Shown one piece after another: positions 36,801 to 50,829 of a stretch of DNA of 64,000 bases. Position 1 is the first letter of the stretch; every line of letters begins with the position of its first letter. The position numbers were made by a program, and so were the translations under genes. The DNA comes from Camelus ferus. Its lineage: Eukaryota. The stretch covers positions 112,780,001-112,844,000 of the forward strand of contig NC_045696.1 in the NCBI RefSeq assembly GCF_009834535.1, written 5' to 3'. The notes beneath the pieces were generated by a model. The model was given only the letters and a program-made list of their open reading frames with translations. It ran no database searches and was not told where the DNA came from.

Positions 36801-39800
36801 CACTCAATGGTGAGAAACTGAAAGGAAAGGACGTCCTGTCTCACACAACTTCTATTCAGCATCATCTGAAAGTCCTCGCTAGCACAGTAAGACAATAAAA
36901 GGAAATAAAGATACACAGATTGGGAAGGAAGAAATAAATCTGTCCTTGTTTGCAGATGACATGATTGTGTATGTACAAAATTCCTCCAGAAAGCAGCAAC
37001 AAAAACTCAAGCAACTAGTGGGTGAGTAACAAGGTCACAGGATACGAGACTAATATACAGAAATCAATTGCCTTCCCATATGCGGGCAATGAACAATTGG
37101 CATTTGATATTAAGAAAATACCACTCAAATAGTACCGAAATGTGAAATAATTAGGCATAAATCCAATAAAATATGTTCAAGATCTATATGCTAAAAACTA
37201 TCAAACTGATGAAAGAAGTAAAAGAAGATCTAAATAAATGGATAGATTGACCCTGATCGTGGACAGAAGGCTCAATATTGCTATGATATCAATTATTCCT
37301 AAACTGATCTATAGATTTAATGCAATCTCAATCAAAATCCTAGCAAGATATTTTGTACATATTGACAAACCGAATAGAAAGTGGAAATGCTTTCTAGAGA
37401 AGCCAAGATAATACTGAAGAAGAAACACAAAATTTGAAGATTCTCACTGCCTGATTTCAAGACTTATTACAGAGATATGTGAGTGAAAGGGTAGACACTG
37501 CACATCAGAAGAATTGAGAGCCCAGAAATAGGCTCACAAATACAGTCAATTGACATTTGATCAAGGAGCTAAGGCAATTAAACAGAGAAAGGATAGGCTT
37601 TTCAATAAATAGTAATGTCTATAAAGAACTTAAACACATCTTACATCTTTCACAAAAGGTAATTCAAAATGAATTATAAATCTAAATGTAAAATGCAAAA
37701 CTATAAAACACTTAGAAGAAAACATAGGAGAAAATTCAGATTATCTTGCGTTTCCTAATGATTTTTAAGACAAAATACCAAAAGCATAATCCAGGGGGGA
37801 AATGGATAAATTGGATTTTATTCTGTTCTGTGAAAGACACTGCCACAAATTTGGAAAAAAAAATTTGCAAAATATGTACCTGATAAAGGACTTGTACCCA
37901 AAATACCTATGAATTCTAAAAACCCAATAATAAGAAAACAAATAAGAGACTTTTTAAAAGGGCAAAAGATTTGAACAGACACTTCATCAAAGAAGATATA
38001 CAGATGGCAAATATGTCGAACTAAAAGATGTTCAAAGCCTTTATCATCAGGGAATTGCAAATTTAAACAAGAAGATACTGCTACAAAATTATTAAAATGC
38101 TAAAAAAAAAAAAAAAAAAACCTGACAACACCAATGGCTGTTGAGGACATGGAGTAACAGGAAATCTAATTTGTTGCTATTGGAAAATGAGAAGTGTATG
38201 TCTGCTTTGGAAAACAGTTTGGCAGTTTCTTACCAGCTCACGGTAATTTCACCATGTGATCTAGCAATTATGTTGACGTGAAAACATAGGTCCACTCAAA
38301 ACCTGCACATGAACGTTATCAGCTTTATTCATAATTACCAAAACATGCAAACAATCATAACTATGATGGATAAAAAAATCATGGCTCATTCACACAATGA
38401 AATAAAAAAGAACTGTGCAATCAAGCTAAAAAAAAAAAAAAGACATGGATGAATCTTAAAAACATACTGCTAAGTAAAAGAAGTCAGTCTGACAAGGTTA
38501 CATACTCTATACTTCCAATTACATGACATGTTGCAAAAGGCTAAACCATAGTAATAGTAAAAATATCAGTGGTTGCCAGCAGTTTAAGAAGGGACAGGAT
38601 TAAATAAGTAAAGCATAGGGAATTTTTAGGGCAGCAAAACTATATGTAATGGTAGATAAATGACACTGTGCATTTGTCAAAATCTATAGAACTTTTACAT
38701 TACTAAGAGGGAACTTTAATGTGTGCAGAATTTTAAAAGACTCATTTAAGGTGGAATGCAGAATGTGACAATAATCTAATTGTATTTAAAAGGTATGAAA
38801 GAATCTTATTTAAGGAGGGGACTGGGGGGAAAGTTATTGACCTGAGTAACTTTGGAAATGAAGGGAGTCTGTAAAATTAAGGGCAAAAAAAGAAAAACTA
38901 TGTCTAATCACTGTACTCTCATTGATAAAGTTGTTTTTCAACAATGGGGATGCAGATGAACAATTCTGGTGGTGCTACACGTGCATGCTGGAATCGAACG
39001 ATTGGGCAAGTGGACGGCAGGTTGTGGGAGCCAGGTTTGTCACTGCTGGAGTTGGGGACTACAGATCAGCAAGAGGAAGAGGCTGGAATGAACCATGAGG
39101 TAACGGGTGGGAGTTGGAGAGACAACAGTATAAAGTCATGTTGAATTCCATATAGATACAATGGCTATATATAGAAAGAGTTATAGATGTGTGGGTATCC
39201 AGGTTAGCATACACACACATATATTTCCTTGTTCTGTCATTTGAGAGGGACTGGAAACATAAATGCTCCAGCAGTAACGAGCATCCTTAGTGCCAAGATC
39301 TTGATTTCTAATAGCGTTCTCCAACACAAGGACCCACAGCTTCTTGGAGAAATGGTAGATTCTCAGAGATGGGGCAGAAAACACACAAGATGAGCCTAGA
39401 TTATCTTATGATGCCAGAAAGTAAGAATGTGCAAATAAATAAATAACCCACAATGACAGGAATATGCCAAAGGGGCACAGGAGTCAACAGAAAGAGCTCT
39501 CTGTGGCCAAAAGTAGAACAATTTGAGCATCCAAATAAAGCAGTATTGAATTAAAACTTAAAGTATAAAATAAATAACCGTGAGTGAATACTGACCTAAG
39601 TAGATGGTTGAATAAATAAATAAATGGGGGCGAGGAGACAAATCTCCTGTGCAGAAAAATTGCAAATAATTTATGTAGCTACTCTGCTGCACAAGTCCCC
39701 ACTCCTTAAGGTAGACTGCACACAGAGACTTCCTTCCAAAGAGTACAGTATGGAAATGGGGAGAAAAAGAGTAAGATGACAGTGGAGAAAGCTGAAAACA

Positions 39801-40330
39801 TTGCCTTAGCCAGGAGATTGAGGCCAAGGCCAACAATGATAAGTCATGTTGACAGTAACGACCATTGTTCTTATGTAAAGGAAATGAAACTTGACCTCCT
39901 TGGTCTTCCTCCCCAAAACCTATAACCCCAGTCTACTCATAAGAATATTATCAGACAAATTCCAATTTGTCCACAAAATATTTGACCAGTACTCCTCAAA
40001 ACCATCAAAGTCAATGAACAACAAGAAAAATCTGAGAAACTGACTTTCAAGAGAATGACAACTATATGTAATATGCAATCCGGGATGGGGTCCTGGAACA
40101 GTAAAAAGACTTTAGAGAAAAAAATAAAGAAACCTGAAGAATGCATGGACTTTAGTTAATAATAGTGGATCAATATTGATTCATTAACTGTGACAACTGT
40201 ACTGTATTACTGTAATATGTTAATAATAGGGAAACTGTGTGTGGATATAGAGGAACTTTCTCTAGTATCTTCACAATTTTTCTGCAGATCTAAAACTGTT
40301 CTTAAAGTTAAAGTTTGTTTTTTGAAAGGG
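33900..40330 (+). mobile_element. Near-full-length ancient L1 (L1MD-like long 3' UTR) with an internal ORF2 deletion
   Basis: 5' region, ORF1 remnant ~34900-35900, endonuclease start (aatgtgaatggtctaaa), RT motif tttgcagatgacatgatt (FADDMI) at ~36950, ~2 kb 3' UTR. Confidence 0.9.
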
Positions 40331-40464
40331 GAAGGATCAGAACAGTAAAGAAAAAGATAAAGATAAACACACCACCCATACTGTTAGAAAACAAAATTAA
40401 AAAGCAGCAAAGTTCCCTACATATGAAAATGATACCAATTTTCCAACATGAAATTTAAAAATGA

Positions 40465-40750
40465 TTTTTTAAAAATTTTATTGAAGTTTATTAGATTTAC
40501 AAAGTTGTGTTAGTTTCTGGTGTACAGCATAGTGATTCAGTTATATATAATATTTTTTCTTCATATTCTTTTTCATTATAGGTTATTACAAGATACTGAA
40601 TGCCATTCCCCATCCTATACAGTAGGATCTTGTTGTTTATCTACTTTATATAGCGTTGTCTGTATATGCCAATCCAAAACTCCCAATTTTTTCCTCCCTC
40701 TGCTTCCCCTTTGAGAAAAATATGTTTTTTTTCCCTATGTCTGTGAATTT
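40465..40750 (-). mobile_element. L1 3' end
   Basis: ttattgaagt...gtgttagtttctggtgtacagcatagtgattcag. Confidence 0.85.
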
Positions 40751-40759
40751 GTTAATTAA

Positions 40760-41950
40760 AGTATTAGTAATGCAGTAAGTCCAGGAATGAAGACCACAAA
40801 GCAGAGACAAGAGTCAGAGAAAAGTGGAGCCAGACAACAGGTGACAGTGAAACAGTAGCTGGTAAAACTCAGGGAAGATACAGAAAAAAGACATGAAATC
40901 ATTCTGAATAAATACAAGGACTGCAAGAGAAAATAGATATAGTCCATCAACAGATGAATAGGTAAAGAAAATGTAGTATGTATATATATGTGTATATACA
41001 CACATATATATACAATGGAATACTACTCAGCTATAAAAAAGAATGAAATTTTGCCATTTGCAGCAACATGGATGGACTTGGAGGGTATTATGCTAAGTGA
41101 AATAAGTCAGACAGAGAAAGACAAATACTGTATGATATCACTCACATGTGGAATCTAAAAAATGCAATGAACTAGTGAATATAACAAAACAGAAGCAGAC
41201 TCACAGATATAGAGAAGAAACTAGTGGTTACCAGTGAGGGGGGCAATATAGGGGTCAGGGAAGTAGGAGTTACAAACTATTGGGTGTAAGATAGACTCAA
41301 GGAAGTATTGTACAACACAGGGAATGTAGCCAATATTTTATAATAACTGTAAATGGAAAGTAATCTTTAAATATTGTATAAGAATTAAAAAATGTTAAAA
41401 AGAAAATAGACACTATAAAAAACACAGAATATAGTAGATGCAAAAGGAACAATCAAATAAAAAGATGCAAAAGCAATAAAAGAAATAAAAAGATTAGGAA
41501 AGAAAAAGATAGCTATAGAAGACAGCAAAGGAAGTAAAACATACCCATTAAGTGGAATTTCTGAAGAAAGCTAAAACAGTAGAATAGAACAAATATGATA
41601 AAGTATAATTTAATTAAACTTTCCTTATATTAATAAAAATTAAATTTTATATATTAAAAAGGAACACCATAATACAGGTAAAATTAACCCAGGATGGTCA
41701 ATATTAAGATGTATACTATTAAAATTATTACAGTTTAAAAATAAAGAATCTTTTGAGCAGCAAGATAAGATCAATTTCCTTAAATTGGGAAGAAAACGAA
41801 GCATCAGACCCTTCCTTTTCACAGCAACATTTCATACCAGAGCACAGTGGTCCAGCAACTACAAAATACTGTACCCACAAAAATAATGTGCAAGCCAAGC
41901 ACTTTTACAACCAGCCCAAGGGTCCTGTAAGAGTATGTACAAGAAGCAAA
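40760..41950 (+). mobile_element. HAL1/L1 ORF1-like remnant with a nested L1 3' end at ~40935-41400
   Basis: Decayed ORF1-like C-terminus (tgtgcaagccaagcacttttacaaccagcc); nested acaatggaatactactcagc... Confidence 0.65.
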
Positions 41951-42123
41951 GGGTATGAACATGACAATTAGAGTGGGTGGGAGAAGGGGTGTGGGGAGGG
42001 TGGTGGGGAGGGTGTGATGAAGGGGAGGACCAGCTATATTTTTTTTTATTATTACTAGCAAAGGCCCAGTTCTAAAATTTCATCAGAATTAGTGGATTAT
42101 AGACCTGTGAATGCAAAATTACC
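41950..42123 (+). mobile_element. Internal fragment of the LTR family at 54999-55694
   Basis: Inverted match to 55468-55641, about 21 mismatches in 174 nt by hand. Confidence 0.85.
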
Positions 42124-42704
42124 GACAGAGTGGTAAAACGTTTCAGATAACCCTATAGCTTCAAGTAGCTTGCAGTAATAAAACACGATTTACTGCTCTC
42201 CGCCCTGCCAAGGATTGCTCAACCGGCTAAGACTGTTGACTTAGGATTCCTGCAAAGAAATAAATTGACAGCAGCGTTTACTGGATTTGAAAGATGTTGT
42301 AAACAGACTTGGATAAGTAACTCATCTATTGAGTTTATGGCCTACTTATCTGAGAGGAAAATATGTAGCATGAAAGCAAAGCAGCAATGACAGCAGCTTT
42401 AGTTTTTCTCATAATGAAATCTAACTTTAAGTCTTCATCTTTCAACATTCCCGAAGTGCAGCGACATCGAAGTGTTCTCGAGAATGCTTTGGCAGATTAA
42501 AAAAAAAAAAAGTTTAGTTTTAAATGTCTTTAGGTTCAACCCCTTTTGCAAGTCCAAATCTTTAGATTCACTTGATCAAACTTGGGATTTTCTCTTGCTT
42601 AATGATTTTAAAATTGAAATAATCTTCAAGAAGATGGGAGTGTATGACCTCTGTCTGAGTCAAAGTTTGATTATTTTCCAGGTTGTGTATCATCACAATT
42701 TTAT
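42123..42704 (-). pseudogene. Large exon remnant (TEVIHSHLLEDYFNF...KTKLFF...RKTKAAVIAALLSCYIFSSQ)
   Basis: gtttcccag| acceptor; RGS-like succession of motifs over several frames; abuts the LTR fragment. Confidence 0.55.
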
Positions 42705-42782
42705 CTGGGAAACTTGCCAGGTAACAGTTATTTAGAAGTAGTGGTTCATTTAGGCATGAATGTTTTTAAAAGGTGGGGGGAC

Positions 42783-42945
42783 CTTCTTTGTTTATAATAT
42801 ACTCTTTTTGCCCTGCATATCAATCCATAGGATGATTTTCTGTCACTGCATACTGCAGTAAAGGAAGAAATAGATGTATGCCTGCACTCTAGGTGCTGTT
42901 AACAAGAACTCTATGAAATAATTTTATCCACTAGTTTGTAATTTT
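42783..42945 (-). pseudogene. Exon remnant LFHRVLVNST*SAGIHLFLPLLQYAVTEN/IILWIDMQ
   Basis: Resembles the RGS core (F..VL....G...F...L....EN.I.LW.D) after one frameshift; acceptor degenerate. Confidence 0.55.
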
Positions 42946-43249
42946 GCAGAGAGAGGAGGAATCATGCACGGACCCTTCTGAGCATCTGATGCCAACTATG
43001 AGCCTTCTGCATAGACACGTTTCCTCTTTGCATGGACGGTGCATGTAATTTCAGGGGGGCCAGGGACCCCAATATGCACATGTAAAGCCCTCAGAACTGG
43101 GACTTTGAGTTAAGCATCCTTCACCTCATCCTTCATTAAGACAGAACTGAGAAATGAGAATTTTATCAGGGATTTTTAGCCCACCTCAGTCACATAGTTT
43201 AGTAAGCCATATTCTTGAAAAATAATTCCCTAAAGTAAACCCAAGTTAC

Positions 43250-43415
43250 ACACATTTTCATATCTGGTTGTCATTTCATGGTGAAGATCCTCTTTGAAAA
43301 GTCCCCTTAATTTGAAAGCTTCTCTTAAGTTGTAACTGTACCTCTGCTTCCGGGCTTATCAAGAGCCTTAATTCCCATAACCTGTCTTTTGATCTTTGTT
43401 TGTATAAATGGTATA
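43250..43415 (-). pseudogene. Exon remnant (RLWELRLLISPEAEVQLQL)
   Basis: acaaatag| acceptor; resembles RGS I.P.A..Q[IL].[IL]. Confidence 0.4.
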
Positions 43416-44447
43416 CTATTTGTAAGTGAACTTAGTAAATTGTAATAATCATTTTTAGGCACTAATAATTTTATTTATGCATGTTTTCTGAGTTTGAGGA
43501 ATAAAGCCATATTGTCTTTAACTTGGAACATCACAATCCCACTGTGGCAACACCCTTCTGTTCAAATAGTGTCAGTAACTTGGTCAAATTAACATTATGC
43601 TAAATGAGAATCTAGTGTCCTATAGTTTTATGAAAAGTGGTTAGGACTAGGGTTAATTTCTACCAGAGGTATAAAGAAAAAGCACTTACTTTAATGTGCA
43701 TACTACATAGATGGGATGACTTTATTCATTTAAACTCACCCTTTAACCTTAGCAACTGGTGTTTATTCTATAATTTATTTGTTTTAATCAAAAAGAACAA
43801 AGGGATTATCTCTGATGGGAGATGGCAGAAAGAAGAGAATTTTATTATATCTACTTTATTATTCTAGGAAAAGAATTATATCATTTTGGAAAATATATTA
43901 AACTATTACACATTGTTTGTATTAGACTCTTATGTGTGTATAAATAAATATAAATCTATGATTTAAGGGAAGCTGTTAAAAAAAACAGTCATTATGATTG
44001 TGAGTATTCTTAATTAATGAGAAATAGAATGTGCTGGGTATAATGTTGAATGATTCCTTCCCAGTCAATGAGCTACATAAGAAAGAGATTAATTTTGTAA
44101 TTTTTCAACACCCGTGACTTTATGTGTGAGACAAGTCAAGATCACAGTTGGTTTTCAACCAAGTAGAGCTGAGGTCCCAGAAAAAATGAACTTGCACATA
44201 CCAGTCGCCTCAGTAAATTACTCAGTCCCAATGACTTCAGTAAAAGTCATTGCGTGTCATGATACTAAAATGAGACAAGATTTATGTATGTAACATGAAA
44301 AGTTAACCAAGCACGGACAAGGAGAAGTCTTGTTAGTGCCATCTTGGGGCAGACTGGAGAATAGACTGGGAGAAGTTTATGCAGCAGACAAAGGGCATGA
44401 TTATAAGGGTTGGGGTTGGGATTTTGCGTAAGAGTGGTTGAACTTGA

Positions 44448-44720
44448 CCTGTGTGCAGAGCTTTGAATGCCAGCTGTGCTTTTTATTTCTTCCACACCTT
44501 GGTTGCAGCCAGGGCAGATAAATCATGCCATCTCAAATACTTGTTTGCCCCATCTCTTCTATCCCATGTTATCACTGCAAGAAGTTTATTCTTGGGTTTC
44601 TGCAAAAATTGGCTGGGATTATGGTAGTGTCTTTTACTGGCCTCTCCCTACCCCCTCACCATCTTTCTGGATAGTTATGTCCAAGACAGTGTGGGTGTAG
44701 AGCCAAGGATGAACTATCTA
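44448..44720 (-). pseudogene. Candidate exon remnant (TVLDIT...SQPIFAETQE)
   Basis: CAG|gtcaag donor; F.E.Q motif; several stops. Confidence 0.3.
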
Positions 44721-45479
44721 TATTTACCATGTTTTCTCAGTATTCATTTTTAGCAATTCTGTGTATTCAAAAAGGTATTTGAAAGGGATTGAATGCATTA
44801 AAAAAAAAAAAAAAAAAAGCTCTTGCGAGAACATTTTTAAAGTCATCTTACACAACAGACTGCCCTAGGTCTATCAACATTAGTTTATAGGAGATAAAAT
44901 TTACAAAGCCATTTTCACCAAGGTTCTGTCTAAATATGTCACATGGGAATTGATTTATCAGCTTTAGTCATAATGGTAGAGACATAGGAGATTTGTAAAA
45001 CATGAGCCTTGAAATTCTTGGACCTATCTTTGAATTGTGGGCAAAATGAATATTTACATTTGCATTCAGGAAAGTCATTCATACCACGTATGCAATGCCT
45101 TGTGCACAGCGAATCAGTTTGGGGAATGTGACAAATTTTAATATTGTCTTTATAATGTAAACTTTCACAAGCAGTATCTGCTATTTATATTAAGTAAAGA
45201 AGATTCTGAGGTTAAAAACCACATGGATGACAAGAATGCTTGGTGAACTGTATTCACTTACATTTACAGAATTCTGAACTAACTCATGTGTTATCCTTCC
45301 GGTGTCAAACTGCTACAGAGACTCTTCCTTGAAAAGTGCACTGTTTCCTTCTAAAATGGCCTTAATCTCATTTAGTTGAAACAAATAAGTTGACTTTTTT
45401 TAAAATTAAAAAAATGTGTTTCTTTTGTTTCCAGATGTGACAGAGTAGCTGGTATCAGCCCAACCATCTGCTGAGAACA

Positions 45480-48040
45480 TCTGTAAGAACTTGTGTAACA
45501 TGCAAACAAAATGAGACAGAAAGAGCTGGAGATAAGACAAGTCAGCCAGGGATTTTTTTAAAACACAAGGTCTAACAGTGTGTTGTTTACGAGTCACACT
45601 GAAAATAAAAGATCAGAAAGACCGAAAATGAAAGAATGAACAAAGATATAAAAATATTAACCAAAGGAAGACTAGAATAGAAATCTTCATATTTGGCAAA
45701 AATTCAATTTAAGGCAAAAAATAGAATAAGGGATAAAAATGAAATACTACATACTGATAAAAGACATAATAGAATGAGAATTATAGCCACCATAAACCTA
45801 TATTCACAATACAGTACAGCTTCAGAGTATTTCAAAAATCTAGAGAGAAATATATTTTTCAATCATTGTTGTTGCAGATTTTCATACATTAATCAGAAAC
45901 TTGGAACTTGGAAACAGACAAAAAGTAAGTAGACATATGAAAAATCAGAACAATTCAATTAATAAATTCCAGGTATTAGATATATATATATAAAACCTAG
46001 AATTAAAAAACCAAAAAAACAGGGAAAGCATACTCTTTCTGAGACATGAGAAATATTCACAAAAATTAACTACAATAAATTCCACAGACTTACCATCATA
46101 TTGACTATATTCTCAGAATGCAATAAAATTAGAAATTAATAATAAATGGCAAGATTTTAGAACTTCCTGTATGTGTAGAAACTAAATGATATATTGCTAT
46201 ATATCCTTGAACTAAAAAAGGAATAATGAGGAGGGAAGGTATAGCTCAAGTGGTAGAGCACATGCTTGGCATGTACAAGGTGCTGGGTTCAATCCCTAGT
46301 ACCTACTCCAAAAATAAGCAAACCTAATTACTTCCCCCCACACCAAAATAAAGTAATTAAATAATACAATAATAAATAAATAAAATATAAAAAATAAATA
46401 AATAAAAATAAAAAAGGGATAATGAAATACTTCAAATCAATTGGCAATAAAGCACTCCATGTCCAAATTTATTATGCATGGAGAGATATTTATAGCTTTA
46501 AATACATTGACCAGGAAATAAAAGAAGTTAAAACCCACAAGCTAAAACTTCAACTCATGAAGTTAGAAAAAATCACAACAATGTAAATCCAAAGAAACAT
46601 GATTGAAAGAAATAATAAAGATAAGAAAACAATAGAATGATATATTTTTTAAATCAATAGAAAGTATAACAAAATTAAAAGGTGGTTCTTTTAAAAGATT
46701 AAAAAGACACGGCAAAAGTGGTCCATGATACTGGAGTATATGAAAATAAACAAAATAATAATAACCACAGATAAAAATGTTTAAGATGGCAGAAGGGAAT
46801 TTGTGAAAAATTGTATGCTGATAAACATAAAAACTAGATGGATAAATCAATTGTTCTAGAAGCATAAAAAGTAAGAATTGGAACACAAAAAGTATAAGCC
46901 ATCTCATTCATTCAACAATATAAGAATCAATAAGTTCTAAATAAAATGTAAACCAAATAAATCAAAAAGTGTGTTAAAAGTAATTAATCTTGATCAAGTA
47001 GGATTTACCTCGGGGATAAGAGAACTGTTCACCTGTAGATTATCTATCAGTGTGAGTCGCCACATACAAGGAGAAAACTATGAAGCTTTAGAAACTGTCT
47101 CAGAAGATTTAGGAAAAAAGTACCTGATAAAGTTCAACATCTATTTATGATAGTAAACCCCAGACTCTCATCTACTTGCTAATGTTTATAAAACAAACAA
47201 AAAATTAGAGGAAATACAAGTTCATGGACAAATTCCAAGTGCATTCTTATGTGATGGACAGGACAAGGGTGGCCATTCTCATCACTGCTGCTTAAGTCCT
47301 AACTGATGCTATGAATGAAAAACTAAGCAGTCTAAGGATGGGAGAGTTAGAGATAATACTGTCGTTGTTTGGAGATGGTAGTGATGATGTACCTAGAAAA
47401 CCAAATAAATTTTTAAACTACCACAAATAATGAAAAGAGTTCAGTAAAATTGGTGGATACAAGATTATCTTAGAAAAAAAATCCCTCTACCCTATATACA
47501 ACTAAATGGAAATTACAAATAAAAATTAAAAACCAGTCCTGCCTGATAGGAACAAAAATGATAATATATCCAGAAATAACAAAAAATACACAAATACTCT
47601 AAGGAGAAAAAAATTTACAAACAAGTGAAAGACAGAAAATTACCGTAAATGGGAATATATTCCATGCTGTTGAATTGAATAACTTCGTATTATAATAATG
47701 TCCATTAAAATAATATGAATTCATGGTAGTTTTATTCGTAATAGCCAAAACTGGGAACAGTTCAGGAGGTCATCATTAGAAGAATGGATAAACAGACTGC
47801 CACATGTTTATACAATGGAACACTACTGACAACTGAATCTCAAAAATACTGTGCTGACGGAAAGACACCTTATACAGAACATTTTCTTGGATTCTATGTG
47901 TCTGAAGTTCTAGAATAAGCAAAACTAATATATGGTTAAAAAAAATCAGAGTATTAGTTGCCGATGGGAAGTGGGGAAGAGGGAACAGGAATTGACTACA
48001 AGGGAGCATTCAGAGATTTCCTAGGGTAATGGAAATGTTC
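45480..48040 (+). mobile_element. Old L1 ORF2/3' remnant
   Basis: A-rich decayed endonuclease-to-RT motifs. Confidence 0.75.
46230..46410 (+). mobile_element. Camelid tRNA-derived SINE (vic-1 type)
   Basis: A/B boxes, long A-rich tail, TSD aaaaaggaataatga/aaaagggataatga. Confidence 0.9.
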
Positions 48041-49860
48041 TTTTTTTTAACTGAGATATATCTGACATATGACACCATATCAATTTCAAGTGTACAATGT
48101 AATCATTCAATATTTATATTTAGTAACATGGTCATATCAATTATTCTAGTGGGTGGGACTAATGCTGCTATGACCGTGGATGTACAACCATCTAATTAAC
48201 ACCCTTCTTTCAGTTCTTTTGGGTATACATGTAGAAGTGGAATTTCTGAATCACATGGTCACTCTATGTTTAATTTTTGGAGGAAACTCCATTCTCCAGA
48301 TTCTGCACCATTTTGCATTCTCACCAACTGTACATCCAGGTTCCAGTTCCTCTATATCCTTGCCAACACTTGTTATTTTCTGGTTTTTTTTTCCCTTGAT
48401 AGTAGCAACCTAATGAGTGTGAGGTAGAATATCATTGTGATTTTGATCTGCATTTCCCGAATACTTAGTGATGCTGGGCATCTTTTCATGTGTTTATTGG
48501 CCATTTCTTTGGGAAAATGTCTATTAAGTCCTTTGCCCATGCTTTAATTTTTTATTTTCTGTTATTGTCATTGAGTTGTAGGAGTTCTTTATGTGTTCTG
48601 GATATTAACTCCTTATCAGATATATGATTTGCAAATATTTTCTCCCATTACATGGGTTGCCTTTCCAGTCTGAGTGTGTCCTTTGCGGCACAGGCATTTT
48701 TAATTTTGATGTATTCCAGCTTATCTGTTTTTTTTCTTTTGTTGCTTGTTCTTTTGCTGTCATAGTTAGGAAATCATTGCCAAGTGCAATAACATGAAGA
48801 TTTTACCCTCTGTTTTCTTCTAACAAGTTTATCTTTTCAGCTGTTACACTTAGATCTTTGATCAATTTTGAGTTAATTTTTTTATATGGTGTAAGGTATG
48901 GGGTACAACTTTTTTTTTTTTTGCATGAAGATATTCAGTTATCTCCTCTAATTTGAAAAAAATGCATGCACCCCAATGTTTATAGCAGCACTGCATACAA
49001 TAGCCAAGACATGGGAGCAACCTAAACGTCCTTCAACAGATGAATGGATAAAGAAAATGTGATATATATAATGTATATACAATGGAATACTACTCAGCCA
49101 AAAAAAGGAATGAAATAATGTCATTTGCAGCAACATGGATGGATCTAGAGATTATCATACTAGGTGAAGTAAGTCAGTCAGAGAAAGACAAATATCATAT
49201 GATATCATTTATATATGGACTCTAAAAAAATGAACAGAAATGAATATATTTACAAAACTGAAAGAGATTCACAGACATAGAAAACAAACTTATGGTTACC
49301 CGGGTAGAAAAAGCAGAGGGAGGGATAAATTGGGAGTTTAGGATTGGCAGATCCAAACTACTATGTACAAAATAGATAAGCAACAAGGTCCTACTGTGTA
49401 GCACAGGGAACTATATTTAATGGCTTGTAGTAACCTGTAAAGGAAAAGACTATGAATCATTATGCTGTACACCAGCAACTAATATAACACTGTAAATCAA
49501 CTGTACTTCAATAACAGAAAAGAAGAAAAAAAAAAGGAGATACTCAGTTTTCTCAAAACCACTTTTTGAAAAGACTATTCTTTCCCCACTGAATTGTCTT
49601 GAGACCCTTGTCAAAAATCATTTGACTAGACATGCAAGGGATTATTTCCATTCCGGTGGTCTCTATGCCTGTCTTTATGCCAGTAACACATATTTTTGAT
49701 TACTGTAGCTTTGTAAGTAAGCGTCAAAATCAGAATGTGTGAGACCTCCAACTTTTTCAAGATTGAATTGAAAAATTCTTTTTCAAGATTGTTTTTGACT
49801 ACTTGGAGTCCCTTGAGAGTCCATAGAAATTTTAGGATGGACTGACTTTATTTTTGCACA
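48040..49860 (-). mobile_element. L1 ORF2 3' fragment with an opposite-strand young L1 nested at ~48946-49535
   Basis: TSD gaagatattcagttatctc/ggagatactcagttttctc. Confidence 0.9.
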
Positions 49861-50159
49861 CTAAATTTCTATTAGAGAAATGTCAATAAAATTAGAGAGC
49901 ATGATAATGGTAATTTTCTTCAGTTGGTAGAACTGTGAAAATTTTTTGATTATTTTATGTCAGAATATTAATTCAGAATATTAACAATGAAACCAAAATA
50001 TAATAGTTGAGTGTGTAAAATAAAAAAACAAGTAAATAATATTATAGCATATACAGTGAGTGAAATCTTTTAGAATAAAATAAAAAATTATAAATATTTC
50101 TATATATCATTCTCAACATCTGCCATAAATAATGTAAAACAGATAAAAATTACTAGCAG

Positions 50160-50430
50160 AGTTATGATTTTCCCAAAATATAAATGTTGCATTTGTGAGC
50201 ACTTGAGGGGATAACATCCATAACCAAATCTAGACAAAGATAATCTGTGGGTCCAGGAACACAACATGCCACAAACATATGTGGAAACATAAAACCTTAT
50301 AACTAAAGATCTTAAAACAAACAAAAACCTTATAGGAAATCCTTTCTTCCTTTTCTGCACATTTAAAAATCTGATAAGTGAATAATAACTCAAAAGTTTC
50401 AACACCACTCATTTTTTTAATAGCTTCCAA
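50160..50430 (-). pseudogene. Exon remnant (ETFELLFTYQIFKCAEKEE.../MFVACCVPGPTDYLCLDL)
   Basis: Two overlapping ORFs with RGS-like spacing; boundaries uncertain. Confidence 0.4.
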
Positions 50431-50829
50431 CAACTACACAATGAAGTTTGGGCTTTGATGAATTATTGGAGTATATTGAATGAAAATACTGACTTACAGC
50501 ACATTTACCGAACAGAAATTTGAAACTGTGACCAAATACACATGATGCTGTCCTGTCACTGAAACTTCAGCTAGAAGCAGTGAGCAGTGTTTTTTCTTTG
50601 CAAATTATCATTGTGATTTTAAAAGTATAGACAGTAGAATGTGTACTTTAAAAAACATTACTATATTCCCTTTTAAATGTAATTGCTTAGGACTAATTTG
50701 GCATGGTGACCAAACATTATACACAAAATGATGCAAGAATAAGACTTCAGTACACCTAATCGTCTTGAATACATCAAAGAGTTAAGAAATTATTTGAAGA
50801 AAAATAAAGTTACCTTTGTAAGAGTGTAT

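Noticed and set aside
42533..42720. Plus-strand exon-like segment (SKFDYFPGCVSSQFYLGNLP, AG...CAG|gtaaca) resembling a DUSP or RRM motif
   Set aside because: In-frame stop and no partner exons; the minus-strand RGS-like reading fits the neighbours better
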